DNA of 64,000 nt from an uncultured cyanobacterium (GCA_963740315.1 CAVUDP010000003.1:518280-582279), one strand, 5' to 3'. Shown: positions 20,455-31,602, counted from the first letter of the stretch. Made by a program: numbers and translations. Notes: generated by a model from the sequence alone, not told the origin.

Positions 20455-21762
20455 ATGGTGCGCGATACAGCAGCAAATAGTGATGGTTTCTCGTTTAAAC
20501 CCAGTTCTCGGCAACTATTGATAATGGCGATCGCCGCAACAATTGGTGTTGGTGGTGTGACTGTTTACAGGCAATTTCAGACAGCGGAATCGAATGCAGC
20601 TAAAGAAGCTCAAGTTAGGGTGCCCGAAATAACTAGAGTAACTGCTTTGGGAAGTTTAGAACCCAAGGGAGAAATTGTTAAGGTGTCCGCACCGACATCT
20701 AGCCAAGAAAGTCGAGTCGAGCAACTGTTGGTTAAGGAAGGAGACAAAATCAAGGCTGGGCAGATTATTGCAATTCTCGATAACAAAGACAGACTGCAAG
20801 CTGATGTTGCCAAAGCCGAACAACAGGTAAAAATTGCTCAAGCTAATTTAGCCAAGGTGAAAGCGGGAGCAAAAAGCGGTGATATTGCAGCGCAAAAAGC
20901 GACAATTGCCCGTTTAGAAGCGCAATTGGAAGGTGACAGAGCGACTCAAGTTGATACAGTAACTCGGTTGAAAGCGCAGTTAGAAGGTGATATTGCCGCG
21001 CAACAGGCAACTATCGAGAGAATTGAGGCTGAATTGAGAAACGCAGAAGCCGAATATCGACGCTATCAGAAGCTATACAACGATGGTGCTATTTCTCTTT
21101 CGGTTTTTGATAGCAAACGTCTGGCAATGGAAACAGCCCAGAAACAATTAAGTGAAGCTTCAGCGGTACTCAAAAGAACTGAAGCGACAGGAATTAAGCG
21201 AGTCAGCGAAGCCGAAACCGCTTTGAGACGGATTAATAATACCGGAAGCAAGCAAATTAGCGAAGCCAGAGCTACATTAGACAGCGTTTCTGAAGTGCGC
21301 CCTGTAGATGTACAAGCAGCAGAAGCAGAAATTAGGGATGCTGTAGCGTCGGTAAATCAGGCAAAGGAGAAATTAAAACAAGTTTACGTGCGGAGTCCCC
21401 AAGCTGGTGAGGTGTTGGAAATACATACCCGTGCGGGGGAAGTTGTTTCAAGTGACGGGATTGTCGAGATCGGAAAAACCAGTCAGATGTATGCAAGCGC
21501 GGAAGTTTATCAAACAGATATTAGTAAAATCAAAGTCGGACAAAAGGCAAAAATTACCAGTAGTTCTTTACCAAATGAATTACAAGGAGAAGTGGAATGG
21601 ATTGGTTCAAAAATACGTCGTCAAAACGTAATAAATACCGACCCCAGCGAGAATATTGATGCAAAAGTTGTAGAAGTTCGCATCAATTTGGATGAGAAAT
21701 CTAGCGAGATAGCCAGCAAGTTTACTAATTTACAAATTGAAGTGGAAATCAGTTATCAGTGA
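20455..21762 (+). CDS. DevB-family ABC exporter membrane fusion protein
   Basis: VTALGSLEP, LLVKEGD, long coiled coil, AEVYQTDI, VVEVRI. Confidence 0.9.
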   Translation: MVRDTAANSDGFSFKPSSRQLLIMAIAATIGVGGVTVYRQFQTAESNAAKEAQVRVPEITRVTALGSLEPKGEIVKVSAPTSSQESRVEQLLVKEGDKIKAGQIIAILDNKDRLQADVAKAEQQVKIAQANLAKVKAGAKSGDIAAQKATIARLEAQLEGDRATQVDTVTRLKAQLEGDIAAQQATIERIEAELRNAEAEYRRYQKLYNDGAISLSVFDSKRLAMETAQKQLSEASAVLKRTEATGIKRVSEAETALRRINNTGSKQISEARATLDSVSEVRPVDVQAAEAEIRDAVASVNQAKEKLKQVYVRSPQAGEVLEIHTRAGEVVSSDGIVEIGKTSQMYASAEVYQTDISKIKVGQKAKITSSSLPNELQGEVEWIGSKIRRQNVINTDPSENIDAKVVEVRINLDEKSSEIASKFTNLQIEVEISYQ

Positions 21763-21912
21763 TCAGTTATCAGTGAACAGTTATCAGTGAACAGTTATCA
21801 GTGAACAGTTATCAGTGAGCAGTTATCAGTGAACAGTTATCAGTGAACAGTTATCAGTGAGCGGTGAACAACTAACAACTAACAACTAACAACTAACAAC
21901 TAACAACTAACA
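21750..21912. repeat. STRR arrays (cagttatcagtgaa; aacaact)
   Basis: Tandem 14-mer and 7-mer. Confidence 0.9.
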
Positions 21913-21922
21913 AATTGATACT

Positions 21923-23104
21923 ATGGTTGGGTTTATTGAACGGTTACGGCGGCGAACTCCTTTGGGATGGCTGCAATTAAGTCATGAAAAAGGTCGCTTA
22001 TTAGTGGCGATTTCGGGTATTGCTTTTGCTGATGTTTTGATGTTTATGCAGCTTGGCTTTCAAGGGGCTTTATTTAATAGCAATACCAAGCTGAATCGCT
22101 CTTTAAATGCAGATATTGTGTTGATTAGCCCCAAAGCTAAGAATATGCAGAGTCTATCTACATTTTCTCGACGAAGAATGTATCAAGCTAAGGACATAAC
22201 TGGGGTGAAATCGGCGCAACCGATGTATGTCAATGTTGTGAAATGGAAGAATCCCCAAACTCAGCAAGAGACTTCAATTCAAGTTTTAGGAATTGAACCC
22301 GATCGACCACCTTTAGATTTGCCCGAATTAAAGCAACAATCACAATTGCTCAAACTACCTGATTCTTTTTTGTTTGATACAGGTACTAAGGGGCAATATG
22401 GCGAAGTTATAAAACAAGTTGAAGAAGGTAAAACTGTTAATACGGAAATTGAAGGGCGTACTGTAAATATTAGAGGACTATTCTTTTTAGGAACTTCCTT
22501 TGGTGCTGATGGTAATTTAATTACTAGCGGAGATAATTTTTTAAGGATATTTGGTAAACGGCAAGCCAGCAGCATTAATTTAGCTTTGATTAATGTTGAA
22601 CAAGGCTATGATGCTGTAGAAGTTGCAAGAGATTTAAAATATAGATTTAAAGATTTTGACGATATCCAAGTTCTTACCCACGAAGAATTTATTCAATTTG
22701 AAATGGACTTTTGGTCAAGAGAATCTCCCGTCGGCTTTATCTTTGGTTTGGGTACGGCAATGGGATTTATTGTAGGGGTAATTATTGTTTATCAAGTTCT
22801 TTCTACTGATGTTAACGCTCATATGAAAGAATACGCCACATTTAAAGCAATGGGTTATCGCAATTTCTATTTATTAGGTGTGGTATTTGAAGAAGCTTTG
22901 ATTTTAGCAATATTAGGTTTTATTCCGGGTTCAGTAGTACCTTTAGGACTTTATCAATTAACAAAAAAAGCCACAAATCTACCGATCGCCATGACTGTAG
23001 GAAGAGCAATTACCGTGTTTATTTTGACTGTAATTATGTGTGCCATTTCTGGAGCGATCGCAACTCGAAAAGTCCAGTCAGCAGATCCAGCGGATATGTT
23101 TTGA
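21923..23104 (+). CDS. DevC-family ABC permease
   Basis: PLGWLQL, GIAFADVLMFMQLGF, EYATFKAMGY, ADPADMF. Confidence 0.92.
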   Translation: MVGFIERLRRRTPLGWLQLSHEKGRLLVAISGIAFADVLMFMQLGFQGALFNSNTKLNRSLNADIVLISPKAKNMQSLSTFSRRRMYQAKDITGVKSAQPMYVNVVKWKNPQTQQETSIQVLGIEPDRPPLDLPELKQQSQLLKLPDSFLFDTGTKGQYGEVIKQVEEGKTVNTEIEGRTVNIRGLFFLGTSFGADGNLITSGDNFLRIFGKRQASSINLALINVEQGYDAVEVARDLKYRFKDFDDIQVLTHEEFIQFEMDFWSRESPVGFIFGLGTAMGFIVGVIIVYQVLSTDVNAHMKEYATFKAMGYRNFYLLGVVFEEALILAILGFIPGSVVPLGLYQLTKKATNLPIAMTVGRAITVFILTVIMCAISGAIATRKVQSADPADMF

Positions 23105-23317
23105 CAGTGAGCAGTGAACAGTTAACAGTGAGCAGTGAGCAGTGAGCAGTGAACACTACGGAACTTTTAATTCCTAACTCCTAATTCCTTACTTTACTTT
23201 CTTCCCGCTTATCCGATTACCTATAAAATTTCTCCCCCCTCTACCCCCTCTCACTCATTTGGTAATCATAAAGCCGGGAAGGGAGTAATTCTTAATTCTT
23301 AACTCCTAACTATTCTT

Positions 23318-24019
23318 ATGTCTTCTGTAATTTCTATTCAAAATCTCGACCATTTTTTTGGTAAGGGTAAGCTCCGCAAGCAGGTATTATTTGATGTCAA
23401 CTTGGAAATAAATGCTGGTGAAATTATCATTATGACGGGACCTTCTGGTTCTGGTAAAACGACTTTGTTAACTTTGGCTGGTGGTTTGCGATCGCCACAA
23501 TCTGGTAGCTTAAAAGTGTTGGGTGAAGAACTTATTGGTGCTAGTGCGGGTAAGTTGACGCAAGCTAGACGCAGTAATGGTTACATCTTCCAAGCACATA
23601 ATCTACACGGCAGTTTAACGGCTTTGCAAAATGTCAGGATGGGTTTGGAAGTACACAAAAGTATTTCTACAGCACAAATGATTTGCCGCTCGATTGAAAT
23701 GCTGGAAGCGGTTGGATTGGGCGAACGTGTAAATTATTACCCAGATGACCTATCGGGGGGACAAAAGCAGAGGGTGGCGATCGCACGTGCTTTGGTTGCG
23801 GAACCTAAAATAGTTCTTGCTGATGAACCTACCGCAGCATTAGATAAAAAATCTGGTCGTGATGTGGTGGAGTTGATGCAGAGTCTTGCGAAAGAGAAAG
23901 GCTGCACCATTTTGCTGGTTACTCACGATAACCGCATTCTTGATATTGCCGACAGGATTATATATATGGAAGATGGGCGTTTAGCAAAAAATCCCGATGT
24001 TGTTAGCAAAGTAGGGTGA
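23318..24019 (+). CDS. DevA-family ABC ATPase
   Basis: GPSGSGKT, LSGGQKQRVAIARAL, ADEPT, VTHD. Confidence 0.92.
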   Translation: MSSVISIQNLDHFFGKGKLRKQVLFDVNLEINAGEIIIMTGPSGSGKTTLLTLAGGLRSPQSGSLKVLGEELIGASAGKLTQARRSNGYIFQAHNLHGSLTALQNVRMGLEVHKSISTAQMICRSIEMLEAVGLGERVNYYPDDLSGGQKQRVAIARALVAEPKIVLADEPTAALDKKSGRDVVELMQSLAKEKGCTILLVTHDNRILDIADRIIYMEDGRLAKNPDVVSKVG

Positions 24020-24037
24020 TTGAATTTTGAAAGTAAA

Positions 24038-25447
24038 TTAATTAGATTTAATTACAGGTACTACCCGACGTTGAAAAGGTAATTCTAAATAATCGCTAAG
24101 TTCTTTAACTAGCCAATCTAATTCTGGTTGAGTTATTCCGGTCAATTTATATGATTTATTTCCAGCCCAAATAATCACTGCTGGTGCAAATTCTTTATAT
24201 GAAATATGACCTTTGGAACTTTCTTGTCCTTGGAAAAAAGAATCAGTATATTCTAATTTAATTATATTTTCGCGAGGAGATGGTTTATTTTTACGGTATT
24301 TTATACCAAAAAGTTCATAGCACAAAGAAATTGTCTTTTGGTTTATAAATAATCGAGTTTTCCCAAACATCTCAAATATAAAATCTACCCATAGAACAGC
24401 GCCGAAGGATAAAATTGTTAACGAAATAAGCCAGCCGACCAACGGAAAGTTTCTAAAAACCATGAGTAAACATAGTCCAAAAAAAGTAGAAAAGAGATTA
24501 TTTACTAATTTTGCTAACGAATTAAAAACCCATCCTGTTCCTGGTTTGATAATTTCTATTTTCTCAGCAGTTTTCTTTAAGGAAACTTTGCTATCAGCTG
24601 GTTTAATCGCGAAATAATTACCGACACTAATATTCATCTGTTCGGGATTTTGCAAAGCTTCTAAAGCTACTTGAGCCGAATTAAACCGTTTTTCTTGACT
24701 CGGTTCCAATACCTTTTTCAACCAACTAGTAAAATGCCGACTTAACTGCGTTTTATCTTCAAACTGAATTTGTAAATTTTTTTGAGGTAAATCTGCTGGA
24801 TGCATTCCAGTTGTCAGATAAATTAAAGTTGCTCCCAGACTATATAAGTCGGAAGTAGTCACAGCACGTCCACCGAAATGTTCTGGTGACATATAACCGT
24901 AAGTGCCGACAACAGTCAAAGTACCATTTTCCACAACGGTAATATTCTGTACCGAACCGAAATCTACTAAATACACTTCACCAACGCTATTTCCAGAACG
25001 GTTTGTCAGTAAAATATTGCTGGGTTTGATATCTCGGTGAATAATTGCAGGTTTGCGATCGTGTAAATGAATTAAGATATTTAAAATCTTTTCGGCTATT
25101 TCTTTTAACTCTGCTTCGTCGAAAGTGCGTCCATTTGAAACTTGTTCTTCTAAAGATTTAGCATCAATATAGCTTTGAACTAAAGCAAAACCCTTACTTT
25201 CAGGTGAATCAACGTCAAAGTAATCGAGATATTCCGGAATTGCAGGATGAGAGAGATTTTGTAAGATTAGCGCTTCTCGTTCAAACAGTTTTAAGCTATC
25301 CCATTCAAAATCGCGATCGAGCTTCAGCAATTTGACGACGACTAAATCTTGAGTTTCTTCGTCTAACGCTAAATACGTATATCTTCCAGGTTTTTTGCCA
25401 AGTTGCTCTTGAATAGAGTAACGCGAACCTAATATGTCACTTTTCAT
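24038..25447 (-). CDS. Membrane-anchored Ser/Thr protein kinase (tandem copy B)
   Basis: HRDIKPSN, DFG, GTYGYMSPE; two TM helices and a C-terminal domain. Confidence 0.9.
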   Translation of the reverse strand: MKSDILGSRYSIQEQLGKKPGRYTYLALDEETQDLVVVKLLKLDRDFEWDSLKLFEREALILQNLSHPAIPEYLDYFDVDSPESKGFALVQSYIDAKSLEEQVSNGRTFDEAELKEIAEKILNILIHLHDRKPAIIHRDIKPSNILLTNRSGNSVGEVYLVDFGSVQNITVVENGTLTVVGTYGYMSPEHFGGRAVTTSDLYSLGATLIYLTTGMHPADLPQKNLQIQFEDKTQLSRHFTSWLKKVLEPSQEKRFNSAQVALEALQNPEQMNISVGNYFAIKPADSKVSLKKTAEKIEIIKPGTGWVFNSLAKLVNNLFSTFFGLCLLMVFRNFPLVGWLISLTILSFGAVLWVDFIFEMFGKTRLFINQKTISLCYELFGIKYRKNKPSPRENIIKLEYTDSFFQGQESSKGHISYKEFAPAVIIWAGNKSYKLTGITQPELDWLVKELSDYLELPFQRRVVPVIKSN

Positions 25448-25575
25448 ATTTATTTATACAGATCCACAGTCTTTAACCCTGCTTCTAATTTTACCTCGTT
25501 CAGAAAAAGTGTGGATTGTTACAGCACAAGCCTTTTAACGGAATGTGGTTTAGAAAACTATTCAGTATTCATTGA

Positions 25576-26982
25576 TTAATTTGATTTAACTAAAGGTATT
25601 ATTCGATGTTGAACGGGTAATTCTAAAAATTCGCTAAGTTCTTTTAATAGCCAATCCAGTTCGGGTGGAGTCATTCCGATAAGTTGATATTGTTCGTTCC
25701 CCGCCCAAATAACGATTATTTGGGAAAAATAATTGTATGAAATTCTTTCTAATGAACTTTTGTTTTCCTGAATAAAAGAATTATTATATTCGAGCTTGTT
25801 TATATTTTCGCGTAAAGATGTGTGGGGTAATCGATATTTGATACCAAACATTTTGTAAGTTAAATGAATCTTTTTATCTATAACTAATCGAGTTTTACCA
25901 AATCTGAAAAACAAAAAAATTCCCCAATTAAGAAATACTATGCAGATAAGAAATGGCAACATCAACCACTTAATAAACGGCAAACTCCATAAAAGTATTG
26001 CAAAATATAATCCAAAACAACTAATGAATACATTACCCAATAATTTTCCGAATGAATTAAGAGTCCATCCCATTCCTGGCTTGATAATTTCTAATTTATC
26101 GGCACTTTTGTTTAATATAATTTTGCTCCCAATTGGTTTAATTGCGACATGATTCGCAAAACTAAGATTAACTGTCTCTGGATTTTGCAATGCTTGTAAA
26201 GCTACTTGAGCCGAACTAAACCGTTTTTCTTGACTGGGTTCTAATACCTTTTTCAACCAATTTGTAAAATGCTGACTTAATTGGGTTTTATCTTCAAACT
26301 GAATTTGTAAATCTTTTTGCGGAAAATCTGCTGGATGCATTCCAGTTGCCAGATAAATTAAAGTTGCTCCCAAACTGTATAAATCGGAAGTAGGAACAGC
26401 GCGATCGCCAAAATGTTCTGGTGACATATAACCGTAAGTGCCGACAACGGTTAAAGTACCATTTTCCACAACGGTAATATTCTGTACCGAACCGAAATCT
26501 ACTAAATAAACTTCACCAACGCTATTTCCAGAACGGTTTGTCAGTAAAATATTGCTGGGTTTGATATCTCGGTGAATAATTGAGGGTTTAAGTTCGTGTA
26601 AATGAATTAATATTTTTAAAATTTTCTCGGCTATTTCTTTTAACTCTGCTTCGTCGAAAGTGCGTCCAGTTTTGACTTGTTGTTCCAGAGATTTTGCATC
26701 GATATAGCTTTGAACTAAAGTAAAACCCTTAGTTTCAGGTGAATCAACTTCAAAAAAATCGAGATATTGGGGAATTGCGGGATGAGATAGATTTTGCAGG
26801 ATTTGTGCTTCTCTTTCAAACAGTTTTAAGCTATCCCATTCAAAATCGCGATCGAGCTTCAGCAACTTGACGACGACTAAATCTTGAGTTTGATTATCTA
26901 ACGCTAAATACGTATATCTTCCAGGTTTCTTACCAAGTTGTTCTTGAATAGAGTAACGGGAACCTAATATGTCACTTTTCAT
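25576..26982 (-). CDS. Membrane-anchored Ser/Thr protein kinase (tandem copy A)
   Basis: Kinase domain nearly identical to 24038-25447; start set at MKSDILG by comparison. Confidence 0.9.
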   Translation of the reverse strand: MKSDILGSRYSIQEQLGKKPGRYTYLALDNQTQDLVVVKLLKLDRDFEWDSLKLFEREAQILQNLSHPAIPQYLDFFEVDSPETKGFTLVQSYIDAKSLEQQVKTGRTFDEAELKEIAEKILKILIHLHELKPSIIHRDIKPSNILLTNRSGNSVGEVYLVDFGSVQNITVVENGTLTVVGTYGYMSPEHFGDRAVPTSDLYSLGATLIYLATGMHPADFPQKDLQIQFEDKTQLSQHFTNWLKKVLEPSQEKRFSSAQVALQALQNPETVNLSFANHVAIKPIGSKIILNKSADKLEIIKPGMGWTLNSFGKLLGNVFISCFGLYFAILLWSLPFIKWLMLPFLICIVFLNWGIFLFFRFGKTRLVIDKKIHLTYKMFGIKYRLPHTSLRENINKLEYNNSFIQENKSSLERISYNYFSQIIVIWAGNEQYQLIGMTPPELDWLLKELSEFLELPVQHRIIPLVKSN

Positions 26983-27369
26983 ATTTTTTCTCAAAGTAAC
27001 TTTTTGCGACATTAAAAACTTCTACAGGTTTTCTTCGTTAAATTACTTAAACCGCATTGCTCAACAAATAAGTCGATACCAACTTTTATTAAATTGTTCC
27101 AAGTACATATAACTGTTATAGCAGTAATTAATTTATCGGTGAGACTTTAGAAACCCGGTTTGCTCGATAAACCTTCGCTAAATTTATAATAGCTAGTATA
27201 AAGCGAAACTTAGTAAATACGACTTAAAGCAGGATATGCGATCGAACATAATTACCAATCTGCAAAAATGATTATCAGCTAAACTTTATGAAGGTTAGCG
27301 ATAGAATAGTTAAGTATCACTATCAAGAAAAAGTAGTTATACAACTAATATTTTAGAACAGTTTAAATC

Positions 27370-28479
27370 ATGCCCCTGCAAGAAGAGATTGACAAAACAA
27401 GGCAAGAAATTCGTACAGATGGATATTCAATGTCTATCGGTGAGTGGATTAGCCTTTATCAGAATGATGAAATTGATATTCATCCCGAATTTCAACGGCT
27501 TTTCCGTTGGTCTGACCATCAAAAATCAACTTTTATAGAGTCAATTTTGTTGGGGATACCAATTCCACCAATTTTTGTCAGCCAAAGAGATGATGGTATT
27601 TGGGATGTTGTTGATGGTGTTCAAAGATTATCAACTATATATGAATTCGTGGGTATTTTAAAAACAGCAGATCCAGAACAGTATAAATCACGTGTTACTT
27701 TACAAAAAACCACTTACTTACCTTCTTTAGAAGGCAAAAAATGGGAAGATCCAAATGATAAAGATAATTCCTTTTCCCAAGCACAACGTTTATTGATTAA
27801 GCGAGCAAAAATTGCAGTCAATATTGTTGAGAAGGAAAGCGATGAAATGGTTAAATATGAGCTATTCCAAAGACTGAATACAGGAGGAGCAATTGCTACA
27901 CCTCAAGAAGTAAGAAATTGTATTCTTTTGATGTTAAATAAAGATTTATATGATTTGATGCGTTCACTTGCTAATTATGAATCATTCATAAGTTGTATTG
28001 CTTTAAGCGATAAGCTTTATGAAGAGCAGTATGATATGGAATTAGTCTTACGTTTTATTCTTCTTTTTGATAAAGAGGAAGAAAGCCTTAAACAGTTGAG
28101 GGGAGATGTCAGCGTTTTCCTTACAGAGGGAATCCGTGAAATGGCTCGGAATAAAAAATTAGATTATAGCCATATAGAAAAAGCTTTTAAAAGAACATTT
28201 GATGTTCTGAATGAATCTTTAGGTGACGAAAGCTTTAAGAGATACAAACCCGAACAAGATAGATTTCTTGGAGGCTTTTTATTATCAGCATATGAAGTAA
28301 TAGCATTAGGAATTGGATACCACTATCAAAATCCACCTCAAAAAAAGCAAATAATTTCTCAGGTCAAAAGTATTTGGTCAAATTCAATTTATCAGGAATC
28401 GTCGGGAGCAGGAAAAAATGCAGCAAGACGTTTACGCCATCTTATTCCTCTTGGTAGAGAGGTATTTTCTCCCCAATGA
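27370..28479 (+). CDS. DUF262 (ParB/Srx-like NTPase) protein
   Basis: PEFQRLFRW, IESILLGIPIPPIF, VDGVQRL, FQRLNTGG. Confidence 0.85.
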   Translation: MPLQEEIDKTRQEIRTDGYSMSIGEWISLYQNDEIDIHPEFQRLFRWSDHQKSTFIESILLGIPIPPIFVSQRDDGIWDVVDGVQRLSTIYEFVGILKTADPEQYKSRVTLQKTTYLPSLEGKKWEDPNDKDNSFSQAQRLLIKRAKIAVNIVEKESDEMVKYELFQRLNTGGAIATPQEVRNCILLMLNKDLYDLMRSLANYESFISCIALSDKLYEEQYDMELVLRFILLFDKEEESLKQLRGDVSVFLTEGIREMARNKKLDYSHIEKAFKRTFDVLNESLGDESFKRYKPEQDRFLGGFLLSAYEVIALGIGYHYQNPPQKKQIISQVKSIWSNSIYQESSGAGKNAARRLRHLIPLGREVFSPQ

Positions 28480-29117
28480 AGCTTAGAACTGCCGAACAGC
28501 TAAGTGATAAACTATCTGAGGAGCTTATTTGGCGAAAAAAAGAGCTTTCAGAAATTAAATCATTGGTAGAAACTAAATTTTCTCTTTCTAAACATAATGC
28601 CTTAATTCGTAGTGGGATATGTCTTCTCTATGCTCATTGGGAAGGTTTCGTTAAATTAGCAGCAAATTCCTATTTGGAATATGTGAGAATGCAAAAACTT
28701 TGCTATAAAGACCTTGCTAGTAATTTTTTGGCTTTGGCAATGAAAGAAAGGCTTAATGAGGCAAAAGATACAAATAAACCTTCATTATATATACCTGTTT
28801 GTGATTTTTTTTTAGACGAATTAAATCAAAGATGCGAGCTACCAAAAGATGTAATTTCTACTGCATCAAACCTCTCTTCTGAAATTCTTAAAGAAATAAC
28901 TTATATTCTGGCAATTGATTTTTCACCCTACTCTACAAAATCCGTATTAATAGACACTAAGCTTTTAAAGACAAGAAACGAAATTGCCCACGGTGAATAT
29001 TCCATAACCGATCGAGAGGAGTATATAGAGTTGCACATAGAAATTATTGCAATGCTGGATCTATTTCGTAACCAGATCGAAAATGCAGCTATTAATAAAG
29101 ATTATATGCGAAATTAA
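28476..29117 (+). CDS. HEPN-family nuclease (MAE_28990/MAE_18760-like)
   Basis: WRKKE, LYAHWEGFVK, Rx4H motif RNEIAHG; ATGA overlap with the DUF262 gene. Confidence 0.8.
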   Translation: MKLRTAEQLSDKLSEELIWRKKELSEIKSLVETKFSLSKHNALIRSGICLLYAHWEGFVKLAANSYLEYVRMQKLCYKDLASNFLALAMKERLNEAKDTNKPSLYIPVCDFFLDELNQRCELPKDVISTASNLSSEILKEITYILAIDFSPYSTKSVLIDTKLLKTRNEIAHGEYSITDREEYIELHIEIIAMLDLFRNQIENAAINKDYMRN

Positions 29118-29263
29118 CTGCGATCGAATTAAAAAAAATTTGATGTTTTATATATGGCTTTATAAAATTGAATATTCGCGTTTTAATACTAAATCTATGA
29201 AGACGTAGCATTGCTACGTCTCTACATTAGGTATCTGTTTGTAAACAAAATTTAAAAAAAAAA

Positions 29264-30946
29264 TTACAAATTAGTCAAATTTATCTGACGCTGACTAACA
29301 AGAAGCATCCCTTTATGTAAAGCTTCCAAACGTGTATCTACTGGATTTTGTTCTAGCACTCGCCGTAAGATTTTTAATTTTCGTAATCTGTTTTCTACTT
29401 TGCCGCTAGCACCGACAAGATATACTGCTCGTCGATTTTCGTAGGCTTCTTTGACCATATTTTCTATAGCTAAAGTTGCCGTTACACCAACATAAGGTAC
29501 TTCGCTCAATTCCAAAATCAAAACATCGTAATCTTCTACAATCGACATTTGCTGCGAAATCGCTTTTGCTGCACCAAAACTCATCGGACCACCAAGACGA
29601 AATAATAAAATCCGACCTTCTGCTTGGTTTAAAATCCGTTCTTCTTCAACACTCAAACGCAATTTGTGATTATTTTCGTTAGGAATTGTTACTGCTTGAA
29701 CTTCTTTGGCTTGAAAGTCGGATAAACGTTTAAGAGTTAATAAGTTAGCACAAAATACTCCAACCCCTACAGCAGTAATTAAATCAACAAAAACTGTTAG
29801 AAATAACACTCCATACATTAATGCAGTTGCCGGTATTGATATGACATGAGCGCGTTTGATGAAACTCCAATCAATAATATCTATACCAACTTTGATTAAA
29901 ATACCTGCTAAAACTGCATTCGGAATGTTTTCTGTTAATTTCCCCGCACCCAGAACAATTACCAGCAATACTATTGCGTGAACCATTCCCGAAATTGGAG
30001 TTTTCCCGCCAGCACGGACGTTGACAACGGTTCGCATTGTTGCACCAGCACCCGGTAATCCCCCGAATAAACCGGCGATTAAGTTACCGATTCCCTGTCC
30101 GATTAATTCCTTATCGGAATCATGAGTTGTACGAGTAATATTGTCCGCAACTAAGGAAGTTAACAGCGAGTCGATAGATCCTAAAGTTCCCAACATCAAA
30201 CCATAACCTACCATGTCCCGCATTTGGCTTAGTTCAAATCGCGGTAATCGCAGTTGAGGTAAACCTGTGGGAATTTTGCCGATGACTGGAATATTACTAT
30301 CGGGAAATACAAAAACGGAAATCAGCGTACAAACCACCAACGCCAATAAAGGTGCGGGAATAATTCGATTTAGTTTTGCAGGAGAACCAAATACTATAAT
30401 CAGCGTTAAAATAGCTAACCCAGTTGCTACCGGGTTGGCATTATTTGCATATTCAGAAAACTTTTGCAGCGATTCGATGACATTTGCAGAACCTGGATGT
30501 CCGAAAAACGGTCCGATTTCTATAAATAAGATAATAAATCCAATCCCCGACATAAAGCCGGAAATTACGGTGTAAGGCATCAAGGTGATATATTTGCCCA
30601 AACGTAATATTCCAAAAAGGATTTGAAATGCTCCTCCGATCATCACCACCGTAAAGGCGATCGCCAAACCCGTCTCTGGATTTTTATTAGTTAGAGTACT
30701 AAATACCGTTGCCATTACTACTGTCATTGGACCAGTCGGACCGGAAATTTGCGATGGAGTTCCACCAAACAAGGCTGCAAAAAAACCGATGAAAACAGCA
30801 CCGTACAGCCCCATAATCGCACCATCATCCGGTGAAACTGAAACTCCAAACGCTAGTGCTAAAGGTAAAGCAACAATTGCAGCAGTTAAACCACCAAACA
30901 AATCTCCGCGCAGGTTCCTAAAATTTAAGCCGTGAACAAGTTGCAT
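29264..30946 (-). CDS. bicA: SulP/SLC26 anion transporter, BicA-like
   Basis: GDLFGGLTAAIVALPLALAFG, ISGPTGPM, GAGATMRTVVN, C-terminal STAS domain. Confidence 0.8.
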   Translation of the reverse strand: MQLVHGLNFRNLRGDLFGGLTAAIVALPLALAFGVSVSPDDGAIMGLYGAVFIGFFAALFGGTPSQISGPTGPMTVVMATVFSTLTNKNPETGLAIAFTVVMIGGAFQILFGILRLGKYITLMPYTVISGFMSGIGFIILFIEIGPFFGHPGSANVIESLQKFSEYANNANPVATGLAILTLIIVFGSPAKLNRIIPAPLLALVVCTLISVFVFPDSNIPVIGKIPTGLPQLRLPRFELSQMRDMVGYGLMLGTLGSIDSLLTSLVADNITRTTHDSDKELIGQGIGNLIAGLFGGLPGAGATMRTVVNVRAGGKTPISGMVHAIVLLVIVLGAGKLTENIPNAVLAGILIKVGIDIIDWSFIKRAHVISIPATALMYGVLFLTVFVDLITAVGVGVFCANLLTLKRLSDFQAKEVQAVTIPNENNHKLRLSVEEERILNQAEGRILLFRLGGPMSFGAAKAISQQMSIVEDYDVLILELSEVPYVGVTATLAIENMVKEAYENRRAVYLVGASGKVENRLRKLKILRRVLEQNPVDTRLEALHKGMLLVSQRQINLTNL

Positions 30947-31475
30947 AGAGATTACAAATTATAAAATGGGCATTAGCTATGGGGCATTTGTCATTGGTAA
31001 CAAGTATTAAGTTTTGGACTTTAATCCTTTTATGCCAAGTCAAAGTTTACACCCACATCGTTTTAATTACATTGACAGGAGTCAACAAAGTTTTTTTCTT
31101 TCTTCTTTAAGCACGCAACAAGGTGGGCGATCGAGGTAATCACTATAAAGATGATTGATTTTTTCCAACCACTACAATTTTTGGAATTATTTAATATAAA
31201 TTTATTCATTTATACAATAAAATCCTATTTTGCTATAAATCTAAATAAAGTTTATAGCGAACAAAGTTACGATGAATTTTTGTTGTAAAAAATACTTGAA
31301 ATAAGTTCACGGGTAAAAAAACCCAGTTAAAAAAAACCGGGTATATTCAAATCTTGAACCAGTTTCCCCAAAGCCGGTTTCAATAGAATTTCACAACGAG
31401 ATATTTACGCTTTCAGGACTGTTACCGGGTTTCTTTAAGCGGAATTGAGAATTCCCCAAGATGTCAGTATATGAA

Positions 31476-31602
31476 TTCCCTACTCCCTATTTCCTACTCC
31501 CTATTTCCTAGTCCCTATTCCCTACTCCCTATTTCCTACTCCCTATTTCCTACTCCCTATTTCCTACTCCCTATTTCCTACTCCCTATTTCCTACTCCCT
31601 AT
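31476..31602. repeat. STRR array (ttcctactccctat)n
   Basis: About nine 14-bp units. Confidence 0.9.

Noticed and set aside
20455..24019. Assignment as the heterocyst devBCA operon itself
   Set aside because: Nostocales carry many paralogs, and TetR linkage suggests an efflux paralog; orthology cannot be shown here.
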